Of a DNA stretch of 64,000 bases, positions 8,863-18,035 are shown piece after piece; position 1 is the stretch's first letter; the number at the start of each line of letters is the position of its first letter. Position numbers and translations under genes: made by a program. Under the pieces are notes generated by a model. The model was not told the origin of the DNA. It ran no database searches and worked only from the letters and a program-made list of their open reading frames with translations. Source of the DNA: a bacterium (GTDB taxonomy: Bacteria; Arandabacterota; Arandabacteria; Arandabacterales; Arandabacteraceae); the NCBI GenBank assembly GCA_025774845.1, contig JALGZP010000001.1, forward strand, positions 25,519 through 89,518, given 5' to 3'.

Positions 8863-9984
8863 ATGGTGGGGTGTGCAGTAGACGAGCGTATCGTGCCCAT
8901 AGCCGCTGTAATGGCCGTGGCAATCTTATCAGTTGTAAGTCTGGCTTCGGCGGATAGCATCCCGGTGTATGACTATGTGCTGATCAACACCTTTCCTCAT
9001 GACGTAAACGCATTCACCCAGGGACTTGTGTATCACAACGGCTTCCTTTATGAGGGGACCGGTCTCTTCAGCGGTTCTTCACTCCGTAAGGTCGTACTGG
9101 AGACCGGTGAGGTCCTGTTTCGCTACAATCTGGTGAGCGTCTACTTCGGCGAGGGTGTGACCATCTATGATGATCTCATCTATCAGCTCACCTGGCTCAA
9201 TAACGTGGGATTCGTTTACGTCGAGACCGATTCATTCGAGCTCATAGATACCTTCAGCTATCCCACGCAGGGTTGGGGTCTGACACACGATGATACGAGC
9301 CTCATCATGAGCGACGGCACCGACAAACTCTACTTTCTGGATCCTGTGACCTTTGAAGAGATCAACCGGGTCCATGTTACGGCCGACGGTTCCCCGATAG
9401 ATCAGATTAACGAGCTTGAGTACATCCACGGGCATATCTATGCGAACATCCTTAATTCGGATTTCATCGCGATAATCAAACCCGAGACTGGTGTTGTGGT
9501 CGCCTGGCTTGACCTGACGGGTATACTGTCTGCCGAACATCCTGCCGCTCCACCGGGACCCTTAAACGGCATAGCGTTCGATCCGGACAGCGTCCGGCTG
9601 TTTGTCACGGGCAAGCGGTGGCCGAGTCTATTTGAAATCTACGTCGATCCGCTTAACTGCGGAGTCGATGGGCCTTGTGATGGAGAAGATGACCGGCCTG
9701 AAGCAGCCACCCTGTCTCAGAGTCGTCCCAACCCATTTACACTGGCCAGCAGCTTCACCTACACCATCTCGTCTGATGCTACCTCACCTGTGCATGTTAC
9801 GGTTCACGATGCAACGGGTCGGCTGGTGCGGACTCTGGTTAATCAAGTGCAGGGTCCGGGGAGTTACAATGCTACGTGGGATGGAACGGACCGCGAAGGT
9901 AATCCAGTTGCGAGCGGGGTCTACTTCTATCACCTGAAGTGGAACGGTCAGAGCGTGACGCGCCGGACGGTGCTGCTAAGATAG
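8863..9984 (+). CDS. Plant/bacterial-type (type I) glutaminyl-peptide cyclotransferase fused to a T9SS-type CTD
   Basis: FPHDVNAFTQGLVYHNGFLYEGTGLFSGSSLRKVVLETGEVL...FGEGVTIYDDLIYQLTW...QGWGLTHDDTSLIMSDGTDKLYFLDP...NELEYIHGHIYANI matches the five-bladed-propeller glutaminyl cyclase family (PF05096). The C-terminal 75 aa form a T9SS CTD (VHVTVHDATGRLVRTL...GVYFYHLKWNGQSVTRRTVLLR). An alternative start is ATG 8911. Confidence 0.8.
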   Translation: MVGCAVDERIVPIAAVMAVAILSVVSLASADSIPVYDYVLINTFPHDVNAFTQGLVYHNGFLYEGTGLFSGSSLRKVVLETGEVLFRYNLVSVYFGEGVTIYDDLIYQLTWLNNVGFVYVETDSFELIDTFSYPTQGWGLTHDDTSLIMSDGTDKLYFLDPVTFEEINRVHVTADGSPIDQINELEYIHGHIYANILNSDFIAIIKPETGVVVAWLDLTGILSAEHPAAPPGPLNGIAFDPDSVRLFVTGKRWPSLFEIYVDPLNCGVDGPCDGEDDRPEAATLSQSRPNPFTLASSFTYTISSDATSPVHVTVHDATGRLVRTLVNQVQGPGSYNATWDGTDREGNPVASGVYFYHLKWNGQSVTRRTVLLR

Positions 9985-10167
9985 AACGAATTCCATAATA
10001 CAGGCATGAGACGACTCCGGTTGTCTCGCTCGTGTTCCTTGCCATCACTGGCATCTCCTCCATCTTGTTAATAGTCTCTGAGTAACCCGGGTTGCGTTTT
10101 TTCCTCAAGTTTTGCTCCCGTGCCCGCCGATAGATAAGGCTGTGGCATCAAAAACAGGGGGATTTGC

Positions 10168-10662
10168 ATGGCGCGCATGAGGCAGTTGTCTCCAAAGGGA
10201 GCATATCTCTCCCAAACGATTATTGGTTACAAGGGTTATTCCACCACAGGAACGGCCCGTGAAACGGATCAGGTTTTCTCCGAGGAGATCCTCGAGAAGC
10301 TCAGCGAGACCGTGTCGATGGTCACGAGAATGAAAAGGCTTGTGGCCGGTAACGCGGACCCGGAGGTAGTACCAACCCTGGACATTATCACAGACAAGGC
10401 CGACAAGCTTGCGAAAGACATTGCCGATGCGGTGCCGACGGAAGCCACACTGCTCGAAGCACTGGAAAACGGCAAGGCCGAAGAGATCATAGATCTCGAC
10501 TCCGCGATCCTGGAAAAGGTAGGCAACATCAACCAGGCGCTCTCGATGATGGATCTTGAGAGCGGAGCCGGTGTCACTCCCGACGATCTCGATTCGGCAT
10601 GCGAGCTACTCGACGATCTGGGCAACTACCTGAGGGAAAGAGCTTTTCTACTTGCGGGCTAG
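10168..10662 (+). CDS. Acidic hypothetical protein
   Basis: 164-aa ORF with no recognisable domain. GGGGGA ribosome-binding site upstream. Confidence 0.4.
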   Translation: MARMRQLSPKGAYLSQTIIGYKGYSTTGTARETDQVFSEEILEKLSETVSMVTRMKRLVAGNADPEVVPTLDIITDKADKLAKDIADAVPTEATLLEALENGKAEEIIDLDSAILEKVGNINQALSMMDLESGAGVTPDDLDSACELLDDLGNYLRERAFLLAG

Positions 10663-10673
10663 GCTGAGTCCGC

Positions 10674-11831
10674 TCACGCAGTAGATTCCTTTATCAGGGC
10701 AAGGGCGATCTCATTTCGCTGTATCTGGTTCGTCCCCTCGTAGATCTGGGTGATCTTGGCATCCCTCATCATCTTCTCAACGGGGTAGTCGTGCATGTAT
10801 CCCCGGCCTCCGAAGACCTGGATGGCCTTGGTCGTCACCCGCATCGCAACATCCGACGCATAGAGCTTGGCCATCGCCGATTCCTTCGTGGTTCGTGACC
10901 TGGTGCAATCGACCGTCCTCGCCGTCGCATAAAGAAGTGCTCTCGCCGCCTCCACCTCGGTTGCCATATCGGCCAGCATGTATTGAATCGCCTGAAGCGA
11001 TGCTACGGTCTTACCGAACTGGATGCGTTTAGTCGCATAGGCGACTGCCTCATCAAGGGCGCCGGCGGCTATACCCAGGGCCTGTGCGGCCACACCCGGT
11101 CTTGTCGCATCAAACGTACGCAGCCCCAGAATCAAACCCATGCCTTCACGACTCAGGAGGTTGGCTTTGGGGACACGGCAGTTTTCGAAGACAAGCTCGC
11201 GCGTTGCCGAAGCACGTATACCGAGTTTGTTCTCTTTCTTGCCGAACTCGAAACCGGGTGTGCCTTTCTCAACAACAAAGGCCGATACGCCACGCGGTCC
11301 CTTGTTCTTGTCCGTCACTACCATAACGGTATAGATATCCGCCTCACCACCATTCGTGATTAAGCACTTGGTACCGTTTAAGATGTAGTCATCCCCATCC
11401 TTGTCCGCGGTGGTGCGAAGAGCAGTGGCGTCGCTACCGGCCTCGTGCTCGGTGAGCGCAAATGCGGCCAGCTTCTCGCCTGTTGCCAGTGGAGACAGAA
11501 ACCTCTTCTTTTGTTCGTCGTTTGCCCCGAGGAGAATCGGATAGGCACCAAGAGCTGTCGCCGCCAGACAGAGCGCGATCCCGCCATCGACCTTTGAGAG
11601 CTCCTCAGTAACCAGTACGAGTTCGAAAACACCCAAGCCCCGGCCGCCATATTCTTCCGGGATATAGACACCAAAGAGCCCGGCCTCTCCCAGGATCTTT
11701 ACGATGTCCCACGGAAAGATCTCTTCGCGGTCGTATTTCTGTCTTACCGGTTTGATGTTTTCGATTGCGATCTTTCGGGTTCTTGAAACGATATCTTTCT
11801 GTTCGTCAGTCAGATTGTATTCCAAGGTCAT
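10674..11831 (-). CDS. Short-chain (butyryl-CoA-type) acyl-CoA dehydrogenase
   Basis: Full-length match to the acyl-CoA dehydrogenase family (GLFGVYIPEEYGGRGLG...YILNGTKCLITNGGEADIY...IQVFGGRGYMHDYPVEKMMRDAKITQIYEGTNQIQR). Confidence 0.9.
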   Translation of the reverse strand: MTLEYNLTDEQKDIVSRTRKIAIENIKPVRQKYDREEIFPWDIVKILGEAGLFGVYIPEEYGGRGLGVFELVLVTEELSKVDGGIALCLAATALGAYPILLGANDEQKKRFLSPLATGEKLAAFALTEHEAGSDATALRTTADKDGDDYILNGTKCLITNGGEADIYTVMVVTDKNKGPRGVSAFVVEKGTPGFEFGKKENKLGIRASATRELVFENCRVPKANLLSREGMGLILGLRTFDATRPGVAAQALGIAAGALDEAVAYATKRIQFGKTVASLQAIQYMLADMATEVEAARALLYATARTVDCTRSRTTKESAMAKLYASDVAMRVTTKAIQVFGGRGYMHDYPVEKMMRDAKITQIYEGTNQIQRNEIALALIKESTA

Positions 11832-11955
11832 ACCTCCTTGTCGGTCTGGAGTGGACAGATACTACCCCACCCTGCATAGGGAGTCAAGCAAAGCCGCGTG
11901 TTATCGTATTGACGCGTCGGGAGGCGGCCTGATAGATTGGGCGGTGGTGCTTGCT

Positions 11956-12849
11956 ATGCGTCTATCCGCAGAAGCTTCCGAGGCCGTTACCCGGCTTGCC
12001 AGGGAAATCCCCGATGTCCGGGAAGAGCGGAAGGCATTTGCTCTTATCCTCGACACCCTGGCTTCACTTTTCAATTGCACCAATGGTGCGCTCTTCCTCC
12101 ACAGGCGGCGCAGCGACACGCTGTATAAAGTGAGATCGGTAAAGGATGCCGAATCGTTGGACATGAAAACCGTGATCGCGTTTTACCGGAATGAGAAGCC
12201 GGATCTCGAAGAGGATACAATCATGGCACCGGTCCGTGTGGGTGGAGAGGTAGCCGGTGTCGTCGCTCTTACACGGGACGCGGGTTTTGAGCGCGGAGCA
12301 GGAAAGATCGCAACCGAGATACTCCGGATCGCGGGCAAACTTGTGGGAGGCCGGAGACACGCGGCGGTCCTTGAAGCGGAAACGGGTATCGCGGGGGCAA
12401 TACTTAAGGGTGTGGCACCGACGGATGTCATCTACCGGGTGTTCCATGTCCTCAGGCGTTTTATTGACTACGATCTGGGTGCGACACTGCTTGGGCGGGT
12501 TGATGACAACACGTGTCGTGTGGTTGCGCGGCAGGTCGCCTGGACTGAGGGTAAGAGTGATATTGTGGGTCTCACCGCATCATTTCCCTGGCAGGAACTT
12601 CCCCGGGAACAGCACGGATTCGTTGTACCCGCTGACACGATGATGTTGCGAGAGGCGCTCTGCCCCATAAAGGAAGAAGCCTTACCGGACAGGCTCTCAA
12701 CAATGCTTGGCCCGCTTGGGCACCATGAACATCCCATCGGCTGTGTTGAAGTATCGAGCAGAAGAGCCAACTTTTTTGTGGACAAAGACACCCACATTCT
12801 TTCAAGATTTCTACCGTATCTATGCTGGTGCCTCGCGGAACTGGCTTAA
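11956..12849 (+). CDS. GAF-domain protein (stand-alone sensor domain)
   Basis: GAF-like stretches (GEVAGVVALTRDAGFERGAG..., DIVGLTASFPWQELPREQHGFVVPAD). The start is chosen at the first ATG after the divergent acyl-CoA dehydrogenase gene, because the upstream part of the ORF overlaps that gene. Confidence 0.45.
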   Translation: MRLSAEASEAVTRLAREIPDVREERKAFALILDTLASLFNCTNGALFLHRRRSDTLYKVRSVKDAESLDMKTVIAFYRNEKPDLEEDTIMAPVRVGGEVAGVVALTRDAGFERGAGKIATEILRIAGKLVGGRRHAAVLEAETGIAGAILKGVAPTDVIYRVFHVLRRFIDYDLGATLLGRVDDNTCRVVARQVAWTEGKSDIVGLTASFPWQELPREQHGFVVPADTMMLREALCPIKEEALPDRLSTMLGPLGHHEHPIGCVEVSSRRANFFVDKDTHILSRFLPYLCWCLAELA

Positions 12850-12866
12850 GAGCACTGGAGGTTGTC

Positions 12867-12974
12867 ATGGACGAGGTCATGCCGCTCAGTACGATACTTG
12901 CTTTCGGTCTTCCACCCGTCGGTTTCATTATCGCGATAGTATGCTACTACATCTTTACATCCGAGGAGGATTAG
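12867..12974 (+). CDS. Small (35 aa) membrane protein, a symporter accessory subunit candidate (YhdT/DUF997-like)
   Basis: MDEVMPLSTILAFGLPPVGFIIAIVCYYIFTSEED, one transmembrane helix. Its stop codon lies 1 nt before the symporter ATG at 12976. Not in the ORF track because it is shorter than 60 aa. Confidence 0.5.
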   Translation: MDEVMPLSTILAFGLPPVGFIIAIVCYYIFTSEED

Positions 12975-12975
12975 A

Positions 12976-14454
12976 ATGGATACCACCCTGGCCGTCGCCT
13001 TCCTGATCTACCTGGCAATCCTTATCGGAGTGGGGTTCGCCGCCTTCAGGCGTACGAGGACCTTTGATGACTACTATCTTGCAGGACGTAGTCTAAGCCC
13101 GACGGCGGCCGCGCTGAGTGCGGAGGCAAGCTCCGAGAGCGGCTGGCTCCTCCTGGGATTGCCCGGGCAGGCCTTCAGCCAGGGGATCGGAGCTTTCTGG
13201 GTTGCTCTCGGCTGCGTCTGCGGGACCTTCTTTAACTGGACCGTACTGGCCACCCGGCTTAGGCGCATCACGGGTTTCTTCCGTGTGATTACGATACCCG
13301 GTTACCTCGAGGAGAGGTTTAAGGATACGAGCCACTCGGTCCGGGTGATAGCTGCGATCCTGATCGCAGTTTTCATGACGGCCTACGTGGCCGCCCAGTT
13401 CGTTGCTTCGGGAAAGGCGTTAAGCGTTACCTTCGGGATGGACTATACGGTTGCGGTTCTTATAAGCGCGGTGGTTATACTTTTCTACACAATGATGGGT
13501 GGCTTTTTCGCTGTCGCCTGGACGGATGTGATCCAGGCTATGATCATGATTTTCGGGCTTGTCGTGCTACCGGTGGTGGGGACAATCAAACTCGGTGGAC
13601 CGGTGGCGCTCTGGACAAAACTTGCGGCGGTCACTCCACCGGACGGTGGTTACCTGAGTCTCCGGGTGGGGAAGGAGGGTATCGCGCTGGCGACCTTCCT
13701 TATCGGCATGATCGGGATAGGTCTCGGCTATCCGGGTCAGCCTCACATAATGGTCCGCTTCATGGCCATCAAGAAGGCGAAGCTCGTGAGGAGAGGTGCC
13801 CTGATCGGTGTTACCTGGGCGGTGATAGCCCTTTACGGGGCGGTCTTTATCGGCCTGGTCGCCAGGGCGGTCCTTACAGGTGATCCGGGTGATCCTGAGC
13901 GGGTCATGCCGCTCCTTGCGATGCAACTCATGCCTTCGTGGCTTGCAGGGGTGATGATCGCTGCAGCAATGGCGGCGATGATGTCCACTGCGGACAGCCA
14001 GCTCCTTGTTGCATCGTCATCGTTTGTGCAGGACTTCTATCACAAGACTTTCGGGCGTGAGCCCAACCCCAAAATGCTTGTACGCTTGAGCCGGATCGTC
14101 ACGCTCGTGATCGGTCTTGTTGCAATGGTGGTGGCGCTACGCCAGGATCCGGAGAACCCTGTCGGAGTGGTATTCTGGCTCGTGCTTTACGCATGGGGAG
14201 GTCTCGCATCGAGTTTCGGTCCGCTGCTAGTGCTTTCGCTCTACTGGAAGCGGGTGACCAAAGCGGGTGCGATCGCCGGGATGGTCTCGGGCTCGGTTGT
14301 GGTGATTATCTGGAAAAACATTCCGACACTTTCGGGGTTCCTCTATGAGCTCGTACCGGGTTTCATCGTGAGTCTCATCGTGATCGTTGTCGTGAGCCTG
14401 CTTACCAGGCCGCCTGAAATGTCCGAGGAGGCTGCATCCGCCACTGGACTGTGA
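12976..14454 (+). CDS. Sodium:solute symporter (SSS family, PutP/PanF-like)
   Basis: 12-13 transmembrane helices. The N-terminus (AFLIYLAILIGVGFAAFRRTRTFDDYYLAGRSL) is typical of SSS transporters. Confidence 0.85.
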   Translation: MDTTLAVAFLIYLAILIGVGFAAFRRTRTFDDYYLAGRSLSPTAAALSAEASSESGWLLLGLPGQAFSQGIGAFWVALGCVCGTFFNWTVLATRLRRITGFFRVITIPGYLEERFKDTSHSVRVIAAILIAVFMTAYVAAQFVASGKALSVTFGMDYTVAVLISAVVILFYTMMGGFFAVAWTDVIQAMIMIFGLVVLPVVGTIKLGGPVALWTKLAAVTPPDGGYLSLRVGKEGIALATFLIGMIGIGLGYPGQPHIMVRFMAIKKAKLVRRGALIGVTWAVIALYGAVFIGLVARAVLTGDPGDPERVMPLLAMQLMPSWLAGVMIAAAMAAMMSTADSQLLVASSSFVQDFYHKTFGREPNPKMLVRLSRIVTLVIGLVAMVVALRQDPENPVGVVFWLVLYAWGGLASSFGPLLVLSLYWKRVTKAGAIAGMVSGSVVVIIWKNIPTLSGFLYELVPGFIVSLIVIVVVSLLTRPPEMSEEAASATGL

Positions 14455-14525
14455 CCGGCGGGTCCATTGACTTGCGGTGGGGTCTGTGGTAGAATCCGGG
14501 CCAGCTATATTGATGGGGGTAAGAC

Positions 14526-14909
14526 GTGAAAATCGGCAGGGATGAATTACGATGTACAGGGTGCAAGACGTGTCAGCTGATATGCTCGCTCGACCACTTC
14601 AAGGAACACAATCCCAAGAAGGCGGCTATCGGCATAACGGGTAAGTTTCCTGCTCCGGGCAAGTACAAGATCAGTCTCTGTACCCAATGCGAGAAGTGTA
14701 TCGAGGTCTGTCCGACTGACGCGATCACTAACGAGGCAGGCATTATTAAGATCGATGCCGACAAGTGCAACTACTGTCTTGTCTGTGTTGATGAATGTCC
14801 TTTCGGTGCGGTCTTCACTCACAGAGATTTCGAGAAACCCTTTATCTGTGATGTATGTGGAGAGTGCGTAGAGATCTGCCCGACGAAGGCGCTCTACTGG
14901 AAAGAGTAG
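14526..14909 (+). CDS. Polyferredoxin carrying four CxxCxxCxxxC(P) [4Fe-4S] motifs
   Basis: Motifs CTGCKTCQLIC, CTQCEKCIEVCP, CNYCLVCVDECP and CDVCGECVEICP. GTG start. Sits immediately upstream of the aldehyde:ferredoxin oxidoreductase gene. Confidence 0.8.
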   Translation: MKIGRDELRCTGCKTCQLICSLDHFKEHNPKKAAIGITGKFPAPGKYKISLCTQCEKCIEVCPTDAITNEAGIIKIDADKCNYCLVCVDECPFGAVFTHRDFEKPFICDVCGECVEICPTKALYWKE

Positions 14910-14924
14910 AGATGGAGGAGCAAA

Positions 14925-16757
14925 GTGACAGGCGGCTATGGCGGTAGTATCTTAAGAATCAATCTGACTGATAAGAAGGTCGTGAAGGAACCTACACCGG
15001 ACGATCTCATCAGAGACTACATTGGTGCCAGGGGATTTATAATCCGCACGCTGTTTAAAGAGCTGGCACCGGGTACGGATCCGCTCGGCCCCGACGCGAA
15101 GTTCATAATGGCGGCAGGACCGCTCACCGGACTCTTTGTGCCGTCCTCGGGTAAGATCCAGACCGGCGGCAAGTCACCCCTTACCGGTGGCTACGGGGAG
15201 GCAAACTCCGGCGGTCACTTCCCGGAAGAACTCAAGCTTGCCGGTTACGACATGATAATACTCGACGGGCAGAGCGAGAAGCCCTGCTACATCGTCATAG
15301 ATGATGATGAGGTGAAGATAGAGGACGCCGGTGAACTCTGGGGCAAAGGCTCTTTCGCCGTCGAAGAGACGCTTAAGAAGAATCTCGGCGAGGACTTCCA
15401 GATTGCTTCGATCGGCCCGGCGGGGGAGAAGCTCGTAAAGATTGCATGCATAACCCATGATTTCGGCCGCCAGGCGGGACGGACGGGTCTGGGTGCTGTC
15501 CTGGGTTCCAAGAAGGTCAAGGCGATATGCCTGAGGGGTACCAAGGCGATTCCCGTACACGATCTTGAAGGTCTGATGAAGGTCGGAAGACGTATGTACG
15601 AGCAGTGCTTCACCAACCCGGCGTTTGAGCTCTGGCAAACCTACGGAACGTCCGCGGTCGTAAACTGGGCGAACCGGATCGGTGCATTCCCTACACGGAA
15701 CTTCCGGGGTGGCTACTTCGAGCAGTTCACGAATATAAGCGGTCCCCGCATGCGTAAGGATATCGTTGTCATAAACAAGGCGTGCTATTCCTGTGCGATG
15801 TGCTGCGGGAAGTACTCGCATGCCAAGACAGATAAGTATGATGTTTACGTCGAGGGCCCCGAGTATGAAACCACCGCGATGATCGGTGGTGACTGCGCTC
15901 TGGGAAATATCAAGGACGTCGCCTACGGCAACCACCTGTGTGACGACTACGGTATCGATACGATATCGGGCGGAAGCATCATAGCCTTTGCGATTGAGTG
16001 CTTCGAGAAGGGCATCATCACGGAGAAGGATACCGGCGGACTCGTGCTTAAGTTCGGTGATCCCGAAAGCGTCTTCAGTCTCATAAAGATGATAGCGATG
16101 CGGGAAGGCATAGGCGATGTCTTAGCCGAGGGAAGCAAGGCTGCGGCCGAGCATTTTGGCGCGGACTCCATCAAGTTCGCGATGCAGGTTAAGGGGCTCG
16201 AGCAGAGCGGGTATGAATCGAGACGAGCGCCCGCGATGCTCCTTTCATATATGACCTCCGACATCGGAGCACAACACAGGCCGTCATGGGCCGTGACCCA
16301 TGACATTGCGACCGGAAGAGACAGTGCCGAGGGGAAGGCGGGTAAGGTGATCGAGCTTCAACACACGCGGCCGCTTTTCGATACGCTCGGGGTCTGCCGG
16401 CTCCCCTGGATTGAAATGCAGGTCCCGGTTGCCGACTATGCTGAGGCCTATAGGAAAGCCACCGGGATTGACTACAGCGAGCAGGATCTTATCTCGATAT
16501 CCGAGCGGATCTGGAACCTGACACGCATGTTCTGGGTGCGCGAGGTACCGGGGTTCGGGCGCGCCTCCGATATTCCACCGGCAAGAGTCTATGAAGAGAA
16601 ACTGACGGGTGGTTCAACGGATGGCGGCATCCTGGAGCGCGAGAAGATCGAAGCAATGCTCGATGATTACTATAACCTGAGAGGCTGGACGAACGATGGT
16701 ATCCCGACCGAGCAGAAGCTTAAGGAGCTCGGACTCGACTGGGTCAACCTTCCCTGA
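14925..16757 (+). CDS. Tungsten-type aldehyde:ferredoxin oxidoreductase (AOR family)
   Basis: N-terminus GGYGGSILRINLTDKKVVKEPTPDDLIRDYIGARGFIIRTLF...GKIQTGGKSPLTGGYGEANSGG is the hallmark of the AOR family. Length 610 aa. Confidence 0.9.
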   Translation: MTGGYGGSILRINLTDKKVVKEPTPDDLIRDYIGARGFIIRTLFKELAPGTDPLGPDAKFIMAAGPLTGLFVPSSGKIQTGGKSPLTGGYGEANSGGHFPEELKLAGYDMIILDGQSEKPCYIVIDDDEVKIEDAGELWGKGSFAVEETLKKNLGEDFQIASIGPAGEKLVKIACITHDFGRQAGRTGLGAVLGSKKVKAICLRGTKAIPVHDLEGLMKVGRRMYEQCFTNPAFELWQTYGTSAVVNWANRIGAFPTRNFRGGYFEQFTNISGPRMRKDIVVINKACYSCAMCCGKYSHAKTDKYDVYVEGPEYETTAMIGGDCALGNIKDVAYGNHLCDDYGIDTISGGSIIAFAIECFEKGIITEKDTGGLVLKFGDPESVFSLIKMIAMREGIGDVLAEGSKAAAEHFGADSIKFAMQVKGLEQSGYESRRAPAMLLSYMTSDIGAQHRPSWAVTHDIATGRDSAEGKAGKVIELQHTRPLFDTLGVCRLPWIEMQVPVADYAEAYRKATGIDYSEQDLISISERIWNLTRMFWVREVPGFGRASDIPPARVYEEKLTGGSTDGGILEREKIEAMLDDYYNLRGWTNDGIPTEQKLKELGLDWVNLP

Positions 16758-18035
16758 ATGAAAAACCGGGTCAGATTCACCTTCGTCCGTGATCGGCTGA
16801 ACCGGACCGCAATCGCCTGCCTTATAGCTGCGCTCGAACACGAAGTCGACGACGTAACCGGCTCGATACGTGTGGTAACCCTGAAGGATCTGCTCAATCT
16901 CGACTTTGATAGCTCGCAGCGGGCCGTTGAGGTCGTTTGTATCTCCGCGATGACCGTCAATTTCCCGTACGTAGTTCGCCTCGTCAAGGCCCTTAGGGCA
17001 CGGTGGGGCAGCGATGCATTCATAACAATTGCGGGTGGTGCACATCCGAGCGGAGATCCGTCGAATGCCCTTCGAGCCGGACTGGATTACTGTTGCGTTG
17101 GTGAGGGAGAGGATGTGATACGGGAGGTTGCCCGCAACCTCGCGGCCGGCGAGAGGCTTGAAACAATAGACGGTCTCTACCAGCTTGAAGATGACCGCCT
17201 CGTCGGCAGGCCGCGGAGGGTCCCCGTCGACTTGAGTTCCTTTCGAGCCCTGCCGACCCGGATGAGATTCCCCACTTATATCGAGATCGGAAGGGGCTGC
17301 CGGTGGGGGTGTGGATACTGCCAGACCCCGGGGATTCACGGCCGGGTAGAGCGGTTTAGAAGCGTCGAGGAGATTGAGGATATCGTCTCGGTCTATGCGG
17401 GCCTCGGTATGAAAGACTTTCGCTTCCTGCTACCGAACTCACTCGGCTACGCTTCAGTTGAAGACGGGAAGCCTAACTGTGAGGCACTTGAAGATTTGCT
17501 CGCTGCCAGCAGATCGGCGGCGAAGGGTGGCAGGCTTTATCTGGGTTCGTTCCCATCCGAGGTTAGACCTGACTACGTAACAGAAGATGCGATTCGTATC
17601 CTCAAGGCCTATGTCTCCAACACGAAATTGGTGATTGGAGGCCAGTCAGGCAGCGATCGAATGCTTGAGCTCATCGGCAGGGGACACGGGGTTGAAGATA
17701 TAAGATGTTCATGTGATATCATCTCATCCTGCGGGTTTGTGCCGGCGGTGGACCTGGTGCTGGGCTTTCCCGGTGAGACATCCGGTGACCGGCAGGCGAC
17801 GTTTAACCTTGTAGAAGAGCTGGGAGCGAAGGGCGCCATCTTCTACATCCATTTCTTCATGCCGCTTCGGGGCACACCCCTGGCAGGCGGTGAACCGGTA
17901 TTTCTCACAGACGACGAACGGAGAAACCTTGATCGGCTGGCCCAGGAAGGTATAGTCAGGGGCAGATGGCGGTCTCAAGAGGAGGTTGCAAGCGAGTGGC
18001 CGGGACAAGGGGAAGAACAAGACCCTCACAGATAA
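16758..18035 (+). CDS. B12-binding-domain radical SAM protein (TIGR04013-like)
   Basis: Radical-SAM cluster motif GRGCRWGCGYCQTP (Cx3Cx2C), with an N-terminal Rossmann-like B12-binding region. Confidence 0.75.
   Translation: MKNRVRFTFVRDRLNRTAIACLIAALEHEVDDVTGSIRVVTLKDLLNLDFDSSQRAVEVVCISAMTVNFPYVVRLVKALRARWGSDAFITIAGGAHPSGDPSNALRAGLDYCCVGEGEDVIREVARNLAAGERLETIDGLYQLEDDRLVGRPRRVPVDLSSFRALPTRMRFPTYIEIGRGCRWGCGYCQTPGIHGRVERFRSVEEIEDIVSVYAGLGMKDFRFLLPNSLGYASVEDGKPNCEALEDLLAASRSAAKGGRLYLGSFPSEVRPDYVTEDAIRILKAYVSNTKLVIGGQSGSDRMLELIGRGHGVEDIRCSCDIISSCGFVPAVDLVLGFPGETSGDRQATFNLVEELGAKGAIFYIHFFMPLRGTPLAGGEPVFLTDDERRNLDRLAQEGIVRGRWRSQEEVASEWPGQGEEQDPHR

Noticed and set aside
11704-11955. Upstream part of ORF 11704-12849
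   Set aside because: It overlaps the 5' end of the divergent acyl-CoA dehydrogenase gene and is Cys/Ser-rich without any domain. The GAF protein most likely starts at ATG 11956.
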